Shown: positions 48,083 through 60,728 of the stretch, one piece after another
How positions within the stretch are numbered: position 1 is the first letter of the stretch
Layout of the letters: each line of letters opens with the position of its first letter
Origin: Cyanophora paradoxa CCMP329
Taxonomy: Eukaryota; Plantae; Glaucophyta
Assembly: GCA_004431415.1 (NCBI GenBank)
Contig: QPMI01000095.1
Span: 340,780 to 404,779, forward strand
Direction: 5' to 3'
Length of the DNA stretch: 64,000 bases
The notes under the pieces: generated by a model
Database searches by the model: none
What the model was told of the DNA's origin: nothing
Seen by the model: the letters and a program-made list of their open reading frames with translations, nothing else
Translations under genes and position numbers: made by a program

Positions 48083-51000
48083 CTAGACGGGCAGGGCGGC
48101 GAGGGCCTCGATCTGCTCCATCACGGACAGCAGCTCCTCCTCCTTCGCCATCTGCGCCTCGCTCAGCCGCCCCAGCTCCTCGTAGTCCGCCGCGTTCGCC
48201 GGGTCCTCCAGCCCCGCCGAGATCTGCCCCGCCCCCGCCGCGCGCCCCTCCAGTCAGCGCGTCGGGCCAGCGAGGGGCGGGGGGGGTGCCGAGGCGCGCC
48301 TTGTCGAGCTCCTTCTCCAGCTTCGCCTGAAGCTTCGTGAGGCGCTTGACCTCCGCGTCCCGCTGCTTCCGCTGCTGCCCCGCCGACAGCGGCTTCGCCT
48401 CCACCGCCGGCGCCGGCGCCGGCGCCGCCTCGGCAGCCGGGCGGCGCGTCTTGGCGGCGGCCTTGGCGCGGGCGGCGGCGGCGGCGGCGGCCTCGGCGTC
48501 GGCGCGCGCCTGCTCCATCGTGCGCTTCGCCTTGGCGCGCTCGTCTGGCGGGTCCCGCGTGAGCGAGCGAGGCGGCGGCGCCGCGCGGGGGCTCGGGGGC
48601 GGACAGAAGTCGAAGTTCCCGTCGTACTGGATGGCGGCGCCGGCGTCGATCTCGATGATCTTGTTGGCGACGGCGTTGAGGAAGTGGCGGTCGTGGGAGA
48701 TGCAGAGGAGGGTCCCCTCGTAGGACTGCAGCGCCGCCTCGATTACGTCGCACGAGGCCATGTCCAGGTGGTTCGTCGGCTCTGCCCCCGCCCCTTCCCC
48801 CTCAGCCCCAGCACGCGCTTCGGGGGAGAGAGAAGGCAACGCAGGCACCGTCGAGGAGGAGCAGGTGGGAGGGCCGGACGAGCATCCGCGCGAACGCCAG
48901 CCGCGCCTTCTCCCCGCCCGACAGCACCGAGACCTACCCGGGGCCCGCGTGAGGCCGGCGGGGTGCGGGGCGGGGCGGGCAGGCCTTCTTGAAGACGTCG
49001 TCGCCGAGGAAGAGGAAGGAGCCGAGGTAGGTGCGGATCTGGGTGTGGTCCCAGCGGCTCACCGCCCCCTGAATCGTCTCGAAGACGCTCAGGCTCAGAT
49101 CCAGCTCCTCCTCCGTGTGCTGCCCCGCCCCGCCGTCAGCGGGCGCCGGGGGGCGGGGCGGGGGCGGGGGGCGCGCCTGGGAGAAGTATGCGACGTCGAC
49201 GCCGGGCCCGAAGAAGACGCTGCCGCCGTCCGGCTTGATCTCCCCCGCCAGCGCCTTCAGCAGCGTCGACTTCCCCGCCCCGTTGCGCCCCACGAGCCCC
49301 ACCTTCTCCCCCCGCTCGATCTCCACCTCCAGCCCTGCGGCGCGCGTCAGGGCCGGCGGGCCCCCGGAGCGGGGGCGGCGGGGGCGGGGGCGCGCCCTCG
49401 AAGACGACCTTGTCGCCGTAGCGCTTGGAGAGGTTGCGCGCCGCCGCGACGATGCGGGGCGCCCGCGACGGCTGCGGGATCTGCATCGCGATCGCCTTCT
49501 GCTTCGAGGCCGGCGCCTCGATGCGCTCGATCTTGTCGAGGGCCTTCATGCGCGACTGCACGGACTTGGCGAGCGTCGCCTTCGCCTTGAAGCGCTCGAT
49601 GTAGGCCTCCTGCCGCTCGATCTCCCGCGCCTGCCCCGCCGCCGCCGCCTCGAGCTGCGCCCGCCGCGCCTCCCGCTGCGCCTCGTACTCGTCGAACGTC
49701 CCCGTGTACAGCGTCAGGCGCCCTGCGCCCCGTCAAGCCCCACGCCGGCCGGCGCGTGGCGGCCCCTCGGGTACCCTGCTCGATTGCGGCCACGTAGTTG
49801 ACGCACTTGTTGAGGAAGAGGCGGTCGTCTGCGCCGGCGTCGGGCGGGGGCGCGGAGCGGGGCGGGGCGGGGCGGAGGGCAGCGGGGGCGGACGCGAGAT
49901 GAGGACGAGGGCGCTGCGCCATCGAGCGAGGAAGGCCTCGAGCCAGACGATCGCCTCCAGGTCCAAATGGTTCGTGGGCTCGTCCATGAGCAACAGGTCG
50001 GGCTCCATCCTGACCCGCCGGGGCCTCAGGGCGCGCCCCGCATTTGCCTCGGGGCCGGGGGCGGGGGCGCACAGGAGGAGGCGGGCGAGGGCGACGCGCA
50101 TGCGCCAGCCGCCGGAGAAGGCGCGGAGGCTCTTCTCGAGCTCCTCCTCCCTGAAGCCGAGGCCGAGGAGGATCTCGCGGGCGGTCTCGCGGGGGCGCGC
50201 CGCGCGGACGAAGTCGAGCTGGGTCTGCAGGTCGGAGAGGCGGGCGTAGAGGGCGCGCTCCTCAGGGTGCTTCGCCAGCGCCTCCGACACCTCGTCGATC
50301 CCCGCCTCGATCTCCTCCTCCAGCCCGATCCCCGACGCCACCTCGTCCACCACGCTCCGCTCCCCCGCGTCCGCCGGCAGCTCCTGCGCCAGGTACCCGA
50401 TCCGCAGGCCCCGCTCCTTCACCACGCTCCCCTTGTCCGGGCTCAGGTCCCCCATGATGATCTGCCGCCACCTCGCACCCGCACCCGCGCGAGAGGGCGC
50501 AGACGGGGCGCACCTTGAAGAGCGTCGACTTGCCTGCGCCGCCGCGCGGCGGGGTGCCTCAGCTCGCGGCATGCATGGAGGGGATCGGAGGGCGAGGGGG
50601 CGGGGGCGGACCGGCGCCATTGGGCCCGACGAGGCCGAGGCGCATGCCCGGCCGGATGGCGAGCGTCACGTCCTCCAGCAGGTCTTTGCCCGGGTAGGCT
50701 TTCGAGACGTTCTCCAGCGCTGCCCGCCCCGTCAGCTGCGGCGGCGCCACCGCGGCCGAGCGCACATCGCACCGATCTGAGACGCGTAGACCTCCGGGAG
50801 CGCATAGCTAACGTTCCGCGGCGCGGCCAGAGCGCCCGCCCGTCGGAGCGCGGAGCCAGCAATCGCGCGCAGCCCCCCGCGCGCCACGAAGTAGCGCGAT
50901 CCAGCGAAAGCCGTGTTCTTGCGCAGCTCTATCAACTGGGCTCGGCCCAAGATTCTGGGTTGACTCGTCTCTGACCGTCGATGCGCGCTGCAGCTGGACA

Positions 51001-51085
51001 TGGGCGCGCGTTGAAACCAGAACGGATCGCTCGCCGCACTTCTGACCACCGGCAACGCCCCCGTCGCGAAGCTGGAAGCGCACAT
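48083..51085 (-). CDS. ABC-F family ATPase (EttA/YheS/Uup-like), putative plastid presequence
   Basis: Two ABC cassettes ([36 protein letters not shown]; [22 protein letters not shown]), C-terminal coiled coil, no TM segments. MCASSF... N-terminal extension. Confidence 0.93.
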
Positions 51086-51273
51086 TTCGGTTCGATCTTG
51101 TTCGGGTCACTGCTAGCTGGCGCAGCTGCGGACCGCTACTTAAGCTCTTTTCTTAGCTGCGTGCGATTCTGCTGATCGAACAAGCGCGCGCCTCGGCCCA
51201 AGCCCCAAAGCTGGTCGGGGGGTACGGCTTTAGAAGAGCGGGGTGGGGGAGGGAACGTTCGTCTGCTTCATGA

Positions 51274-53410
51274 TCAAGAGGAGAGAGGCGCAGGGGCTGC
51301 GTGTGCGGGGTTGGGGTCGGGGCCGGCCCCCTGCGCCGGCTTGGCGGCGGCGATGACGAGGTTGCGGGGGGACTGGAGGGGGTCGAAGAGGGCGGCGAGG
51401 CGGAGGCGGTGGGCCCCCGCGGGCCCCGCGAGCTCGTGGAGGAAGAGGAGGCGGTCGAGCACCACGAGCGATTCCAGCGCCGGCGCCAGCACCGCCTTCA
51501 GCGCGTCGAACGCCGCCAGCGCCCGCTGCCAGCGCCCGCCCCCTTAGCCCCCGCGGCGCCGGGCAGGGCGGGGCGGGGGCGGGGCGGGGCGGGGCGGACG
51601 GGGTGGGGGAGGGCGGCGGCGAAGAGGGCCTCGAGCTGGGCGTCGGACTGGAGGTCCGGAGGGAGGGCGAGCCCTAGCCTCGCCACCGCCGCCCGCGCGT
51701 ACGCCGCGAACGACGCGAACGCCTCCTTCGGCAGCGTCGGCACGTGCCGCTCCTGCGGCGCCAGCTCCCCGTAGTGCCTGCGGAACACCACCTGCGCCCC
51801 GCCGCTCGGCGGCCCCCGGGGCGACGGTGCGGGGCGGCGGGCGGGGGGGCGGGCCTCGAGAGCGGCGCGGTAGGCGTCGCGGCGCCACTGCTCCTCCTGC
51901 GCCGCCGAGTCCGCGCACTCCCAGCGCTCCGGGCTGCGCGCCCCTCAGCGCCGGGGCGGCGGGGAGGGGGAGGGGCGCGGGTGGAGGGGACCTGGAGGCG
52001 GCGAGCATGCGGGGCCGGTAGCCGAGGTAGAGGCCGGAGCGGCGCACGAAGGCCGAGCAGGGGAAGCCGTGCACGTGGCCCTCCCCCACCGTCAGCTTCT
52101 CGTACTCCCGCTCGGCGCCCGGCTCGCGCTCGGCGCCCGGCTCGGTGAGGAGGTTGTAGCAGCAGCCGACGACGACGAGCGCCGCGACGCCGGCCCCGCT
52201 CGCGGCGTACGCCCGCAGCAGGTTCGCGCTGAGGTCGCCGCACGGGTGCAGGCCGAGGAGGAGCAGGCGGCGGCCGCGGAGCAGGGGCGCGGCCTCGGGG
52301 GCCTCCTGGGCAATGCTCGCGAGGAGCGCCTCGGGGCCCAGGTCGCACATCACCCTCGAGGTCACGGCGTGCAGCTCGCCCCGCTGCACCTCCCCCGCCA
52401 CCCGCCGCTGCGCCTCCCCCAGCGCCTTCCCCGCCCGCTCCCTGCCCCCGCACCCTCCCTCGCCGGCCGCCCGCGCGGATGGGCGGGCGGGGGGGGGGGG
52501 GGGGCGGGGGGGCGGGGGCGGGGCGTGCCGGAGGCGGCGGGTGTTGTCGGCGCTCATTTCGACGCAGACGACGTCGAGGCCGTAGTGGAACGCCAGCGCC
52601 ATCGACACGAAGCCCTGCGCCCCGGCCCCGTCGCCCCAGCTCGAGGCCGGGAGGGCCGGCGGGGCGGGGCGCGGCGCGCCTGCCCGGCCCCGATGTCGAG
52701 GACGGTGTGGGCGCCCGCCTCGCGCGCCACGCGGAAGACGTATTCGCTCAGCAGCTCGACCTGCCGCCGCCGCCCGTCAGGCACCGGCGCGCGGGGCGGC
52801 GGGGCGGGGCGGGCGGGGCGGGGCGGGCGCGCCTCGTGGGCCTTCTTGGGCTTCATGCCCTTCAGGAAGACGCGGTGCAGCGGCGGCCGCGGGTCCGGCG
52901 CCGGCGCCGCGCACGCGTCCAGCGCCTCCTGCCGCCGCGAGACCGCCCCCTCCGCGCCCTCCCGCACGAACCGCCGCAGCGACTCCGGCCAGTCCTCCTG
53001 CGCCCGCGCCGCGCTTTGAGCGGCGGGCCGGGCGAGTCGGCGGAGAGCCCAAATGGCAGCGCGCCTGCGACACGCCTGTCGGCATCCTGCAAGGCGCGAA
53101 TTCGAAGTTCAGGCGCAGGGTGGCGGGCGAGGCGGGGCGAGCGGACCTGCGTATGTGCTCAATGGGGCTGGAGAGGAGCGGGTCCCTCCATTCCTCTGGG
53201 ACCATCTTCCAGTGCTCGTCCACGCACAGGTCCACGACGTGCGCCTCCGCCAGCCGCCGGTAAGGCGCCAGCCACGCCACTATCTCGTCGAAACGCGCGC
53301 GCGCTGCCTCCTCCGACGCCGCCTGTCGGCGCGAAACGCTTAGCTAGGTGCCAGCGCCCGTCGGGAGCCCCAGGCACCTCCGGTCGCGGCTGCAGCGGCG
53401 GTTCCGACAT
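51274..53410 (-). CDS. METTL25/RRNAD1-like methyltransferase
   Basis: GMKPKKAHEVE, VLDIGAGQG, LLGLHPCGDLS, VVVGCCYNLLTE, GFPCS, PALESLVVLDRLLFL, LFDPLQSPRN. Confidence 0.9.
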
Positions 53411-53565
53411 CGCCGCGCGATCCCGGCGCGCGGCCGGCTCCGCCGGCGCTTCTTCTTGCTTTCGCTTCACCGTGTTAACAGAAGGCAGCTGAGCCGGCTG
53501 CAACAGAAGTTAGCGAGCGTTCGGCTGCAGCGGCGGTTTCGCAGCTAATCGCGAACCCCCCTTGC

Positions 53566-53625
53566 TCAGACACGACCAACGACATCTGGACTAGCCCTAG
53601 TAGCTGTTTGGCTAGCAGTGGGCCG
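53566..53625 (-). repeat. Dispersed ~60-bp repeat, copy 2
   Basis: Reverse complement of 34544-34611. Confidence 0.9.
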
Positions 53626-53732
53626 TCCAACTTTCGTCCAACTTTCGTCCAACTTAAGCTTCCGTCCAAGTACTAGTGCCAGTCGACGTCGTAATCCGAT
53701 GATCAAACCTCAACTTTCGTCCAACTTTTTCG
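53625..53732. repeat. Short tandem GTCCAACTTTC units in a divergent intergenic region
   Basis: gtccaactttc x2, gtccaactt, gtccaag, then ctcaactttcgtccaacttttt. Confidence 0.8.
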
Positions 53733-53751
53733 CTCGCTCCGCTTAGCTAAA

Positions 53752-55066
53752 TTGGACGAGGGGCCTGAGCGGCAACGCGCCGCCGCGTCGCACCTGGACC
53801 ATCGCATCGGTGCTCCCGCATCTATTACGACTTGTCAGAGCGCACTTTCGGTGCTCTCCTGTCACACACAGTGTGAGGCTGAGGCCCGGCTCGAGCTACG
53901 CTGCTCAGAGCAACCGCTTGCTGCCCCGCACATCGCGCGGCGGAACTATTCATGCGCACCGCTAGCGCTGAGCTCGAGGAGCGCAATTGGGACGTGCTGG
54001 ATTCGCGGAGTTGCAGCGGCTCGGCGCGGTCTGCCGTCCGTGGCGCGCTGTGGCGTGGTGCCCGAGCGTCCTCGGGGCCGCGCTGGAGCACCTGGAGCTG
54101 CCGCTCATGGCGGGGCGGCAGGAGAGCCAGGCGGCCTTCCTGCGGGCTGTGAGACTCGCGGGCGCCGCGGTGCAGCGCGTTAGCCTCGACCTTTACGACC
54201 TCGACCGGCCTTTCGCCGAGGCCGTTTTGCGGTCTGCCGCCGCGTACTGCCCTGCGGTGAGGCACCTCGCGGTGCGGAACGCGCAGAGCGTGCCGGCGGG
54301 CTCGCTCGCGGCGGCGGTCGCGGCGTGGCCGCTGCTGGAGGGCCTCGACCTCGCCGGCTGCGTGCGGCTGCGGGACGCCGACCTCGCCGCCGTCCTCGCG
54401 AGCGCCGCCGGCGAGCGCGGCGTCGCCGATCTGTGCCTCGACGGCTGCACCGCCCTCGGGAGCCGCTTCGGGTGGGCCGTCCGCGAGGACCTGCGCGCCG
54501 TCTCCCTGTGCGACCTGCCCCTCTCTGCCGCCTCCGTAAACCGCCTGGCCCTTGCCTGCCACGCCTTGGAGCGCCTCGACCTCTCCTCCTCCCCCGACGC
54601 CTGTGCCGACGCGACGGCGGCCTCGGTGGCGGCCCACTGCCCCGCCCTCGCCGCCCTCTCCATGGCCGTCGCCCCCGAGCTGGGCGCCCCGCCCCGCCCC
54701 GCTCCGACGTCGCCCTCCGCTCGTCCGCCCCGCCCCGCCCCCGGCCCCTCGCGCCGCCGACGCGAGCGCGGGCGCAGGCTGGCGGGGCTGGCGCGGCTGG
54801 AGGAGCTCGACCTGGAGGGCTGGTCCGCCTTCACGGACGCCGGCGTCGCCGCCCTCGCCGCCGGCCCCGCCGCTGCCGCCCTCCGCCGCGCCGTCTTCGC
54901 CGCCTGCCGCGAGCTCTCCGCCGCCTCCGCCGCCCGCCTCGCCGCCGCCTGCCCCTCCTCGAGGCCCTCGACGTCACCCGCTGCCCCGCGTCTCCCGGGC
55001 GGCCATCGTCGCCGCAGCGCGCTCCTTCCCCTCCCTCGCCCTCGAGGGCCCCCCGGGGCGCGCTAG
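53752..55066 (+). CDS. F-box/LRR (AMN1/FBXL-type) protein; ends uncertain, possible frameshifts
   Basis: LQRLGAVCRPWRAVA (F-box end); LRR repeats LEGLDLAGCVRLRDADL, LERLDLS, LEELDLEGWSAFTDAGV. Confidence 0.75.
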
Positions 55067-55386
55067 CGCCGCATCGATATCCCCCTGCGCCCACCGCCCT
55101 CTGCCGCATACGTCTCTGGGAGCTGCGCGGGCCCGCCCCGGCCCCGAGGCCCCGCCCGAGGCCGCGGCCGCCCCCGCGAGGCCGGCCGCGCCGGCCGCCC
55201 CCGCCGGGCGACTCCTGGACATCACGTACGGCTGCGGATGACGCCTCCGCCCTGAGTGCTCTACAATTCGCTTTCCTCGCTAATTACAGGCCGGCAACAG
55301 AGTGGGGGGGGGGGGCGAGACTGGGGCGGCCCCGCTGAAGACACTGACCCAGGGAGCCGCTGAGCTTGCCCGGGGGCCGAGGGCGG

Positions 55387-56301
55387 TCAGTGGGCGAGGG
55401 CCTTGGCGAGGTCCTGGAAGGCCTCGAGCTTCTTGAAGCGCGAGTCTTGGATGACCGCCTGGTTCGCGTCGTTCGAGAAGTCGCTGCGGCGGCACGCTGA
55501 TCAGCCGCCAGCGCACACCTGACGCTCCGTTTCGCTCTCGTACCTGATCCATTCCACAAGGGTCGTGTTGGATTGCGTAACCTGACCCCGTCCCCGGCTC
55601 CTCAGCCGCCGGCCCTCAGCTGCAGAAGCATGACGGCATCCAACGCACCCGGCGCAGCTTGATCGTGTGAATCTGACTCATCGCCGTCGCCTGTTGGCCG
55701 CCGTAGTGAGCGCGGCGCGGCCACGGGCATCGACAACGACGGCGGCGCCAGGCGCATGCGGACCGGAGGGTCACTCTCGATAAGTTCGTAGGTGACCTGC
55801 CGCTCGCAGTCACTGATCTCGAGCACTTTGTACGTTGCCTTTGTCCCATCCGTGAACACGATTTTCCGCGTCGAACCAACCTCAGCCGCCGCCCCGCCTG
55901 CAACCTCGCACGTCTTCACGAGCGAGGACCACCACTGGCGGGGCGCGTCAGCGATGTGATGACAGGTTGATCGGTCGTGTCGGCGGCACGTAATACGCGA
56001 GGGCGGGGCGCTCGGCTGAATAATCTAGAGGACGGAGGATCGCTAGAGCTTCCGCGTATGCGACGTCTTATGGCGGCCGGCGCGGAAGAAAACGGACGGC
56101 GACGGGTCAAAGAAGGAATGGCGACGGCAAACCTGGAACGTCATCGGCCTCACGGCCGCGTAGACCTGTACATGTGAACGGCGAGATGAGCGACGTCAAA
56201 TTTATGGCAGTAGATGGCGGGGCATGAGGGCGAGCCTTTTCGACGGGCGCGTTCAGGTGAGCAGACTCGTGCACACGGGTGGCAGAGGGCGCGGCAGCCA
56301 T
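55387..56301 (-). CDS. SRPBCC/Bet v1 (polyketide cyclase-like) protein
   Basis: ESAHLNAPVEKVYAAVR..EVGSTRKIVFTDG..LEISDCERQVTYELIESDP..HTIKLRRVT..TLVEW..DFSNDA..VIQDSRFKKLEAF. Confidence 0.85.
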
Positions 56302-56403
56302 GTTGAACGATCGATGTGAGCGGTAGAACTAGAACAGAGACAAGCGAAGTTAGTGAAGCTTCTTGGGGGTACCGGTTCTCGCAATTCTTCCCCCCTCCCC
56401 CTA

Positions 56404-59129
56404 ATGGAGGCCTTCGTCGGCCTGGCGGCCTTGAGCCGATGCACTGGAGTCGCACGGAGCTCCTCACTCGCACCGCATGCCACGCGGCCGGCCGTCTGCA
56501 GAGCTGCCAGACCGGCGTTCTTCGGGACTCGGGCACGCGCGGCTGCCCACAGCTCGTCGTTCTACGGCGCCCCGATCGCTCTGCCGCGTTTCCTACACTC
56601 ATCTCGGCCCGCTCAGGCAGCTCTCTCCCCGCCGCTTGGCGTCGCCCCGCCGGCTGCGCTCATCCTCGGCAAGCGCAGGCTTACGTCCCGCCGCGATCCA
56701 AGTACAAGATCCCTCTCACCTTCCGTGAGCGCGATCTGCAGCCGCGCGAGAGATCTCGCCCTCTTCTTGCTGACCCGTGCGCGTGCAGCGCCGCTCCCCG
56801 ACGTGAAGTTCCCCCCCTATGAGCGCATCGCGCTGCCCAACGGGCTCGTGATCTTCGTCATCGAGGTCCGTGCCGCCGCCCCCCTCGCCGGCGGGGGCGG
56901 GGCGAGGGCGAGGGATGAAGGGGGCGGGGCAGGACAAGGAGCTGCCGCTGGTGAACGGGGCGGCGTACTTCAAGGCGGGGGGGCGGTGGGACGCGCCGGA
57001 GAAGACGGGCCTCGCCGACCTCGCCGGCATCGTCGTGCGCCCCGCCCCCGGCCGGCCCCGCGCCCCGCCCGACGCGCGGCCGGCAGATGCGCTCCGGCGG
57101 CTCCAAGAGCGTGCCGGCGGGGGAGTTCGACCGGATCCTGGAGAACCGGGCGGCGGTGGTGGAGAGCGGGGCGGACCGCTCGATGTTCTCCGTCGGCTTC
57201 AACTCCCTCACCGACGACCTCGACGAGGTCCTCCGCCTCTTCGCCTCCCTCCTCCGCGGTCCGCCCCCGCCCCGCCCACGCGCCCCCGCCATCTCCACCC
57301 ACCGCCCCGCCCCGCCCCCAGAGCCGGCCTTCCCCGAGGACAAGCGCGCCCCGCCCCGCCCCGCCCCGCCGCGCGCCCCTGACGCCGCGCAGGCTCGAGC
57401 TCGCGCGACTGCAGTTCGAGGCCGCCATCGCCCGCCGCAACGACGACCCCGGCGTACGCCCCGCCCGCCCCGCCTTCCCGGCCCCGCGGCGAGGGCGCGC
57501 GCGAGGGGGGCGCAGGGCATCGTCGGGCGCGAGTTCGGGCGGCTTGTGTACGGGGAGGACGTGCGCCGCCCCGCCCCGCGTCCGGCCCCCGCGCCCCGCC
57601 GGCGCTGACGGACGGGCAGTGCCCGTGGGTGCGGATGGCGGAGTACGCGACCGTCCGCTCCGTCACCACCGCCGACCTCCACGCGCGCCCCGCCCCACCC
57701 CGCCCACGCCCCCGTCCCGCCTCACGCCCCGCAGGCCTACCACGCCCGCTACTTTCACCCCAACAACTGCGTCCTCGGCATCGTCGGCAACGTCACCGCC
57801 GACCAGGCCCGCCCGCCCCGCCCCGCCCCGTCCCGCGCGCCGCCGAGGGTCGCGGGCGCTGGTGCAGGTGCGGGAGCTGACGGCGAAGCACTTTGGGGGG
57901 TGGCCGGCGGCGCGGAAGCTGTCGCTGCCGGGGGAGGCGGTGGTGAAGCAGGCGCGGGGCGGGGAGATCCACCTCGTCGACCGCCCCGACATGAACCAGG
58001 CCTTCGTCCAGTTCGGCCAGGCCCGCCGCCCCGCCGCCCCGCCCAGGCCGGCGGGGCGCTGAGGGGGCGCAGCTCGGGGGCACGGTGCGGGACCCGGACT
58101 ACTTCAACCTCTGCATGCTCAACGGCGTCGTCCGCCCTCCCTCCCGCGCCGCGCCCGGGGCTCGTGGGGCGGGGGCGAGCGGGGCGGGGGGGGCGGGGGG
58201 GCAGATGAACGGGTTCGGGGGCCGCCTCTTCAACGAGGTCCGCTCCCGCCAGGGCCTCGCCTACTCCGTCTACGGCTACTGGCGCGCCCCCGCACCCCCC
58301 ACCCGCCACGCCCCGCCTCGAGCCCCCGCCCCCAGGAACGCCCAGTTCGACCACCCGGGCGTCTTCACCGTGCGCATAACACCCCCCCCCCCCCCCCCTC
58401 CCCCCGTCGTCCCCGCACTCCGCGGCTCGGGATCCTCTGAGAGCCGCGCTGCTGCGCAGGCCGGCGGCGAGACCGGCGCCGACGTAGCCACGGTGCGCCG
58501 GCGCGGGCGGGGCGGGGGTGGCGGGGGCAGAGGCGATGCATGACGCCCTTGGCCGTCTCGGGCAGTTCATCGAGGGGATGAGGGCGGTGCTGGAGGAGCT
58601 GCGCACCAAGGAGCCGACCCCCGAGGAGGTGGTGCGCCCCGCCCCCGCCCCCGGCCCCGGCCCCGGCCCCGCCCCCGCCTTCGTCGCGGGGCGACGGGGG
58701 CGGCAGGAGTACGCGCGGGAGTCGACGCTGAACTCGTTCGTCTTCAACTTCGCCTCCCCCGAGACCGTCCTCGTCCGGTACCCCCGCACCCCGCCCGCCC
58801 CGCCCCCGCTTCCCGCCGCGACGCGCGGGGCCGGCAGGCTGCTGCGGTACGAGTTCTACCAGTACCCGTTCGACTACATCTTCCAGTTCAAGCGGGGCAT
58901 CGAGGCGGCGACGGGGGCCGACATCCTCCGCGTCGCCAAGCAGCGCCTCGACCCCTCCAACTTCGGTGCGCCGCCCGCCCCCCCGCGCGGCCGCCCGCGC
59001 CTGCGGCCGGTGAGCCGGCGGGGGGGTGCGGCAGTCTACTGCGTGGTGGGGAACGCGGCGGAGCTGCGGCCCTCCCTCGAGAAGCTCGGCATGCCCGTCA
59101 TCGACCGCCCCATCCCCATCCCCCAGTAG
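56404..59129 (+). CDS. M16 family (PqqL-like) peptidase subunit, probably the non-catalytic half, with a putative plastid transit peptide
   Basis: MEAFVG presequence; LPNGLVIF..DKELPLV, KTGLADL..MRSGGS, EPAFPEDK, RRNDDP, YFHPNN..LGIVG, GGRLFNEVRSRQGLAYSVY, NSFVFNF. No HXXEH motif seen. Confidence 0.9.
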
Positions 59130-60248
59130 CGCCACCCCGCGCCCCCGAGCCTTCTGCTCCCTGCTAGCACCCTTCTCTCATCCCGAATGCACCGACACCT
59201 CTGCGAATGCCGATTGCATCTGTGCCGGACGGCGGACAGTCTAGCTTCCACTTCGTTCGCCCCCACTTGCAACAGCAAGAGGGTACTTGTACCCGAGTTC
59301 GGGCCTCCGAGGCTCATCTTATTCCGAAAGTTCCGCCCAGCTGCAGCTCATCGGCTAGCGCTAGCTTCCTGAGAGTTTCTATTGCTTGCTCTCTCTCGCT
59401 CACACACACACACACACAACTTCCTCTGCATCCGCCGGGATCCGCGCGTACGACTGAATTCGAACTGATCATGATCATGAACTTCGGAAGCGACGCGACG
59501 CGAGCTCCACTTCGTTCGCCCTTGCCATCGGCAAGAGGGCACTTGTCGCGAACGCAGAGAAGCCGCGAAGCGGCGAACGAAGTGAGCTCTACCGTTGGCG
59601 TTCTTCAGGAGGGGTCGATTTTTTTCGCTAACAAAAACGGGTACAAGATTCACAAAAACTCAATCGAAAGATACGTCAGCGCAGACTCGCCGTCACGGTA
59701 GTGTTTTGTGACGCCGTCACGCCCAGGTAATCATTACAAATGCATAAGATTAAGAATGGGCTAGGGCATAGTTTGCAGCGCAACGCGTTGCATGCGCCAA
59801 AGCTTGCGCAAGCGCCGGAGTCGAGGGAACGTAGAGTTGGTGTATCCCCAGGTCGACCTGTCTAAGTACCCTGGTCGCAGTGCTTCGCCGTCGGTGGTCG
59901 TTGCTGTGTAAAGGCCGGGCTGCTGTTTCGGAGGTCGTCTCTGTGATCAGGTACGTCCGTCTTGAGAGCTTAGCGCAGCTTGTCGCACAGGTCAAGCTGT
60001 TTAGCGTGCCGTCTTGTCGCAGGTCTCCGGTTCCGGGGAACCATGTCCAAGGAAGTCGCATCTGCTGCGAAAGGCGTGAAACGAATGGTAGGCACGCTTG
60101 CGATGTGATCGTGCCGACTACGCTCGGCTATCAGCGTTATCATCTCTTGCGGCTTCGCTCTTTCAGGAGAGCTGCCCCGCAGATCGAAACCATTAGCATC
60201 TCCTCGTTAAGCACTAAAACGCTATAGCCGCGAACGCGCGCGCGTACG

Positions 60249-60500
60249 TGGGCGGAGGCGCGGCGGGCGGCAGCACGGCTCGCCGGGCGGGGCGGAGGCG
60301 CGGCGGGCGGCGGAGCGGCGCGCCGGGCGGGGCGGAGGCGCGGCGGGCGGCGGCACGGCTCGCCGGGCGGGGCGGAGGCGCGGAGGGCAGCGGCGCCGGC
60401 GCGGCTCGCCGGGCGGGGCGGAGGCGCGGCAGGCGGCGGCACGGCTCGCCGGGCGAGGGCGCGGCTAGAACGCGGCGGGGCGGCGCGGGGCGAGGCGCGG
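60249..60500. repeat. GC-rich ~40-bp tandem repeat (about 6 degenerate units)
   Basis: ggcggaggcgcggcgggcgg..cggctcgccgggcgg recurs at 60251, 60291, 60331, 60371 and onward. Confidence 0.85.
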
Positions 60501-60728
60501 TGGGCGCTATTAGAGCCAGGCGCCGACGGCCTAGAAGCTGTCTTCACGTGTTGCAATTCAGAACGTTTAAATTTAACCCCCCTTGCACATCCTGATCATG
60601 AGACGAGCAGGGGCGGGCGGGGGCGAGTCGAAGACCTAGTATATGTATGCTGCAATCACATAACTTAAGTTATAATTAGTAAAGGACTTGGTCGCCGATC
60701 CGGGCCGAGCCGAGGGGTCGCGCGCGGA

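Noticed and set aside
55955-56020. Box C/D snoRNA (gtgatga...ctga)
   Set aside because: Antisense to the host intron and no convincing terminal stem.
60140-60215. hAT transposase C-terminal remnant (LNEEMLMVSICG, minus strand)
   Set aside because: Too short, with no other transposase motifs.
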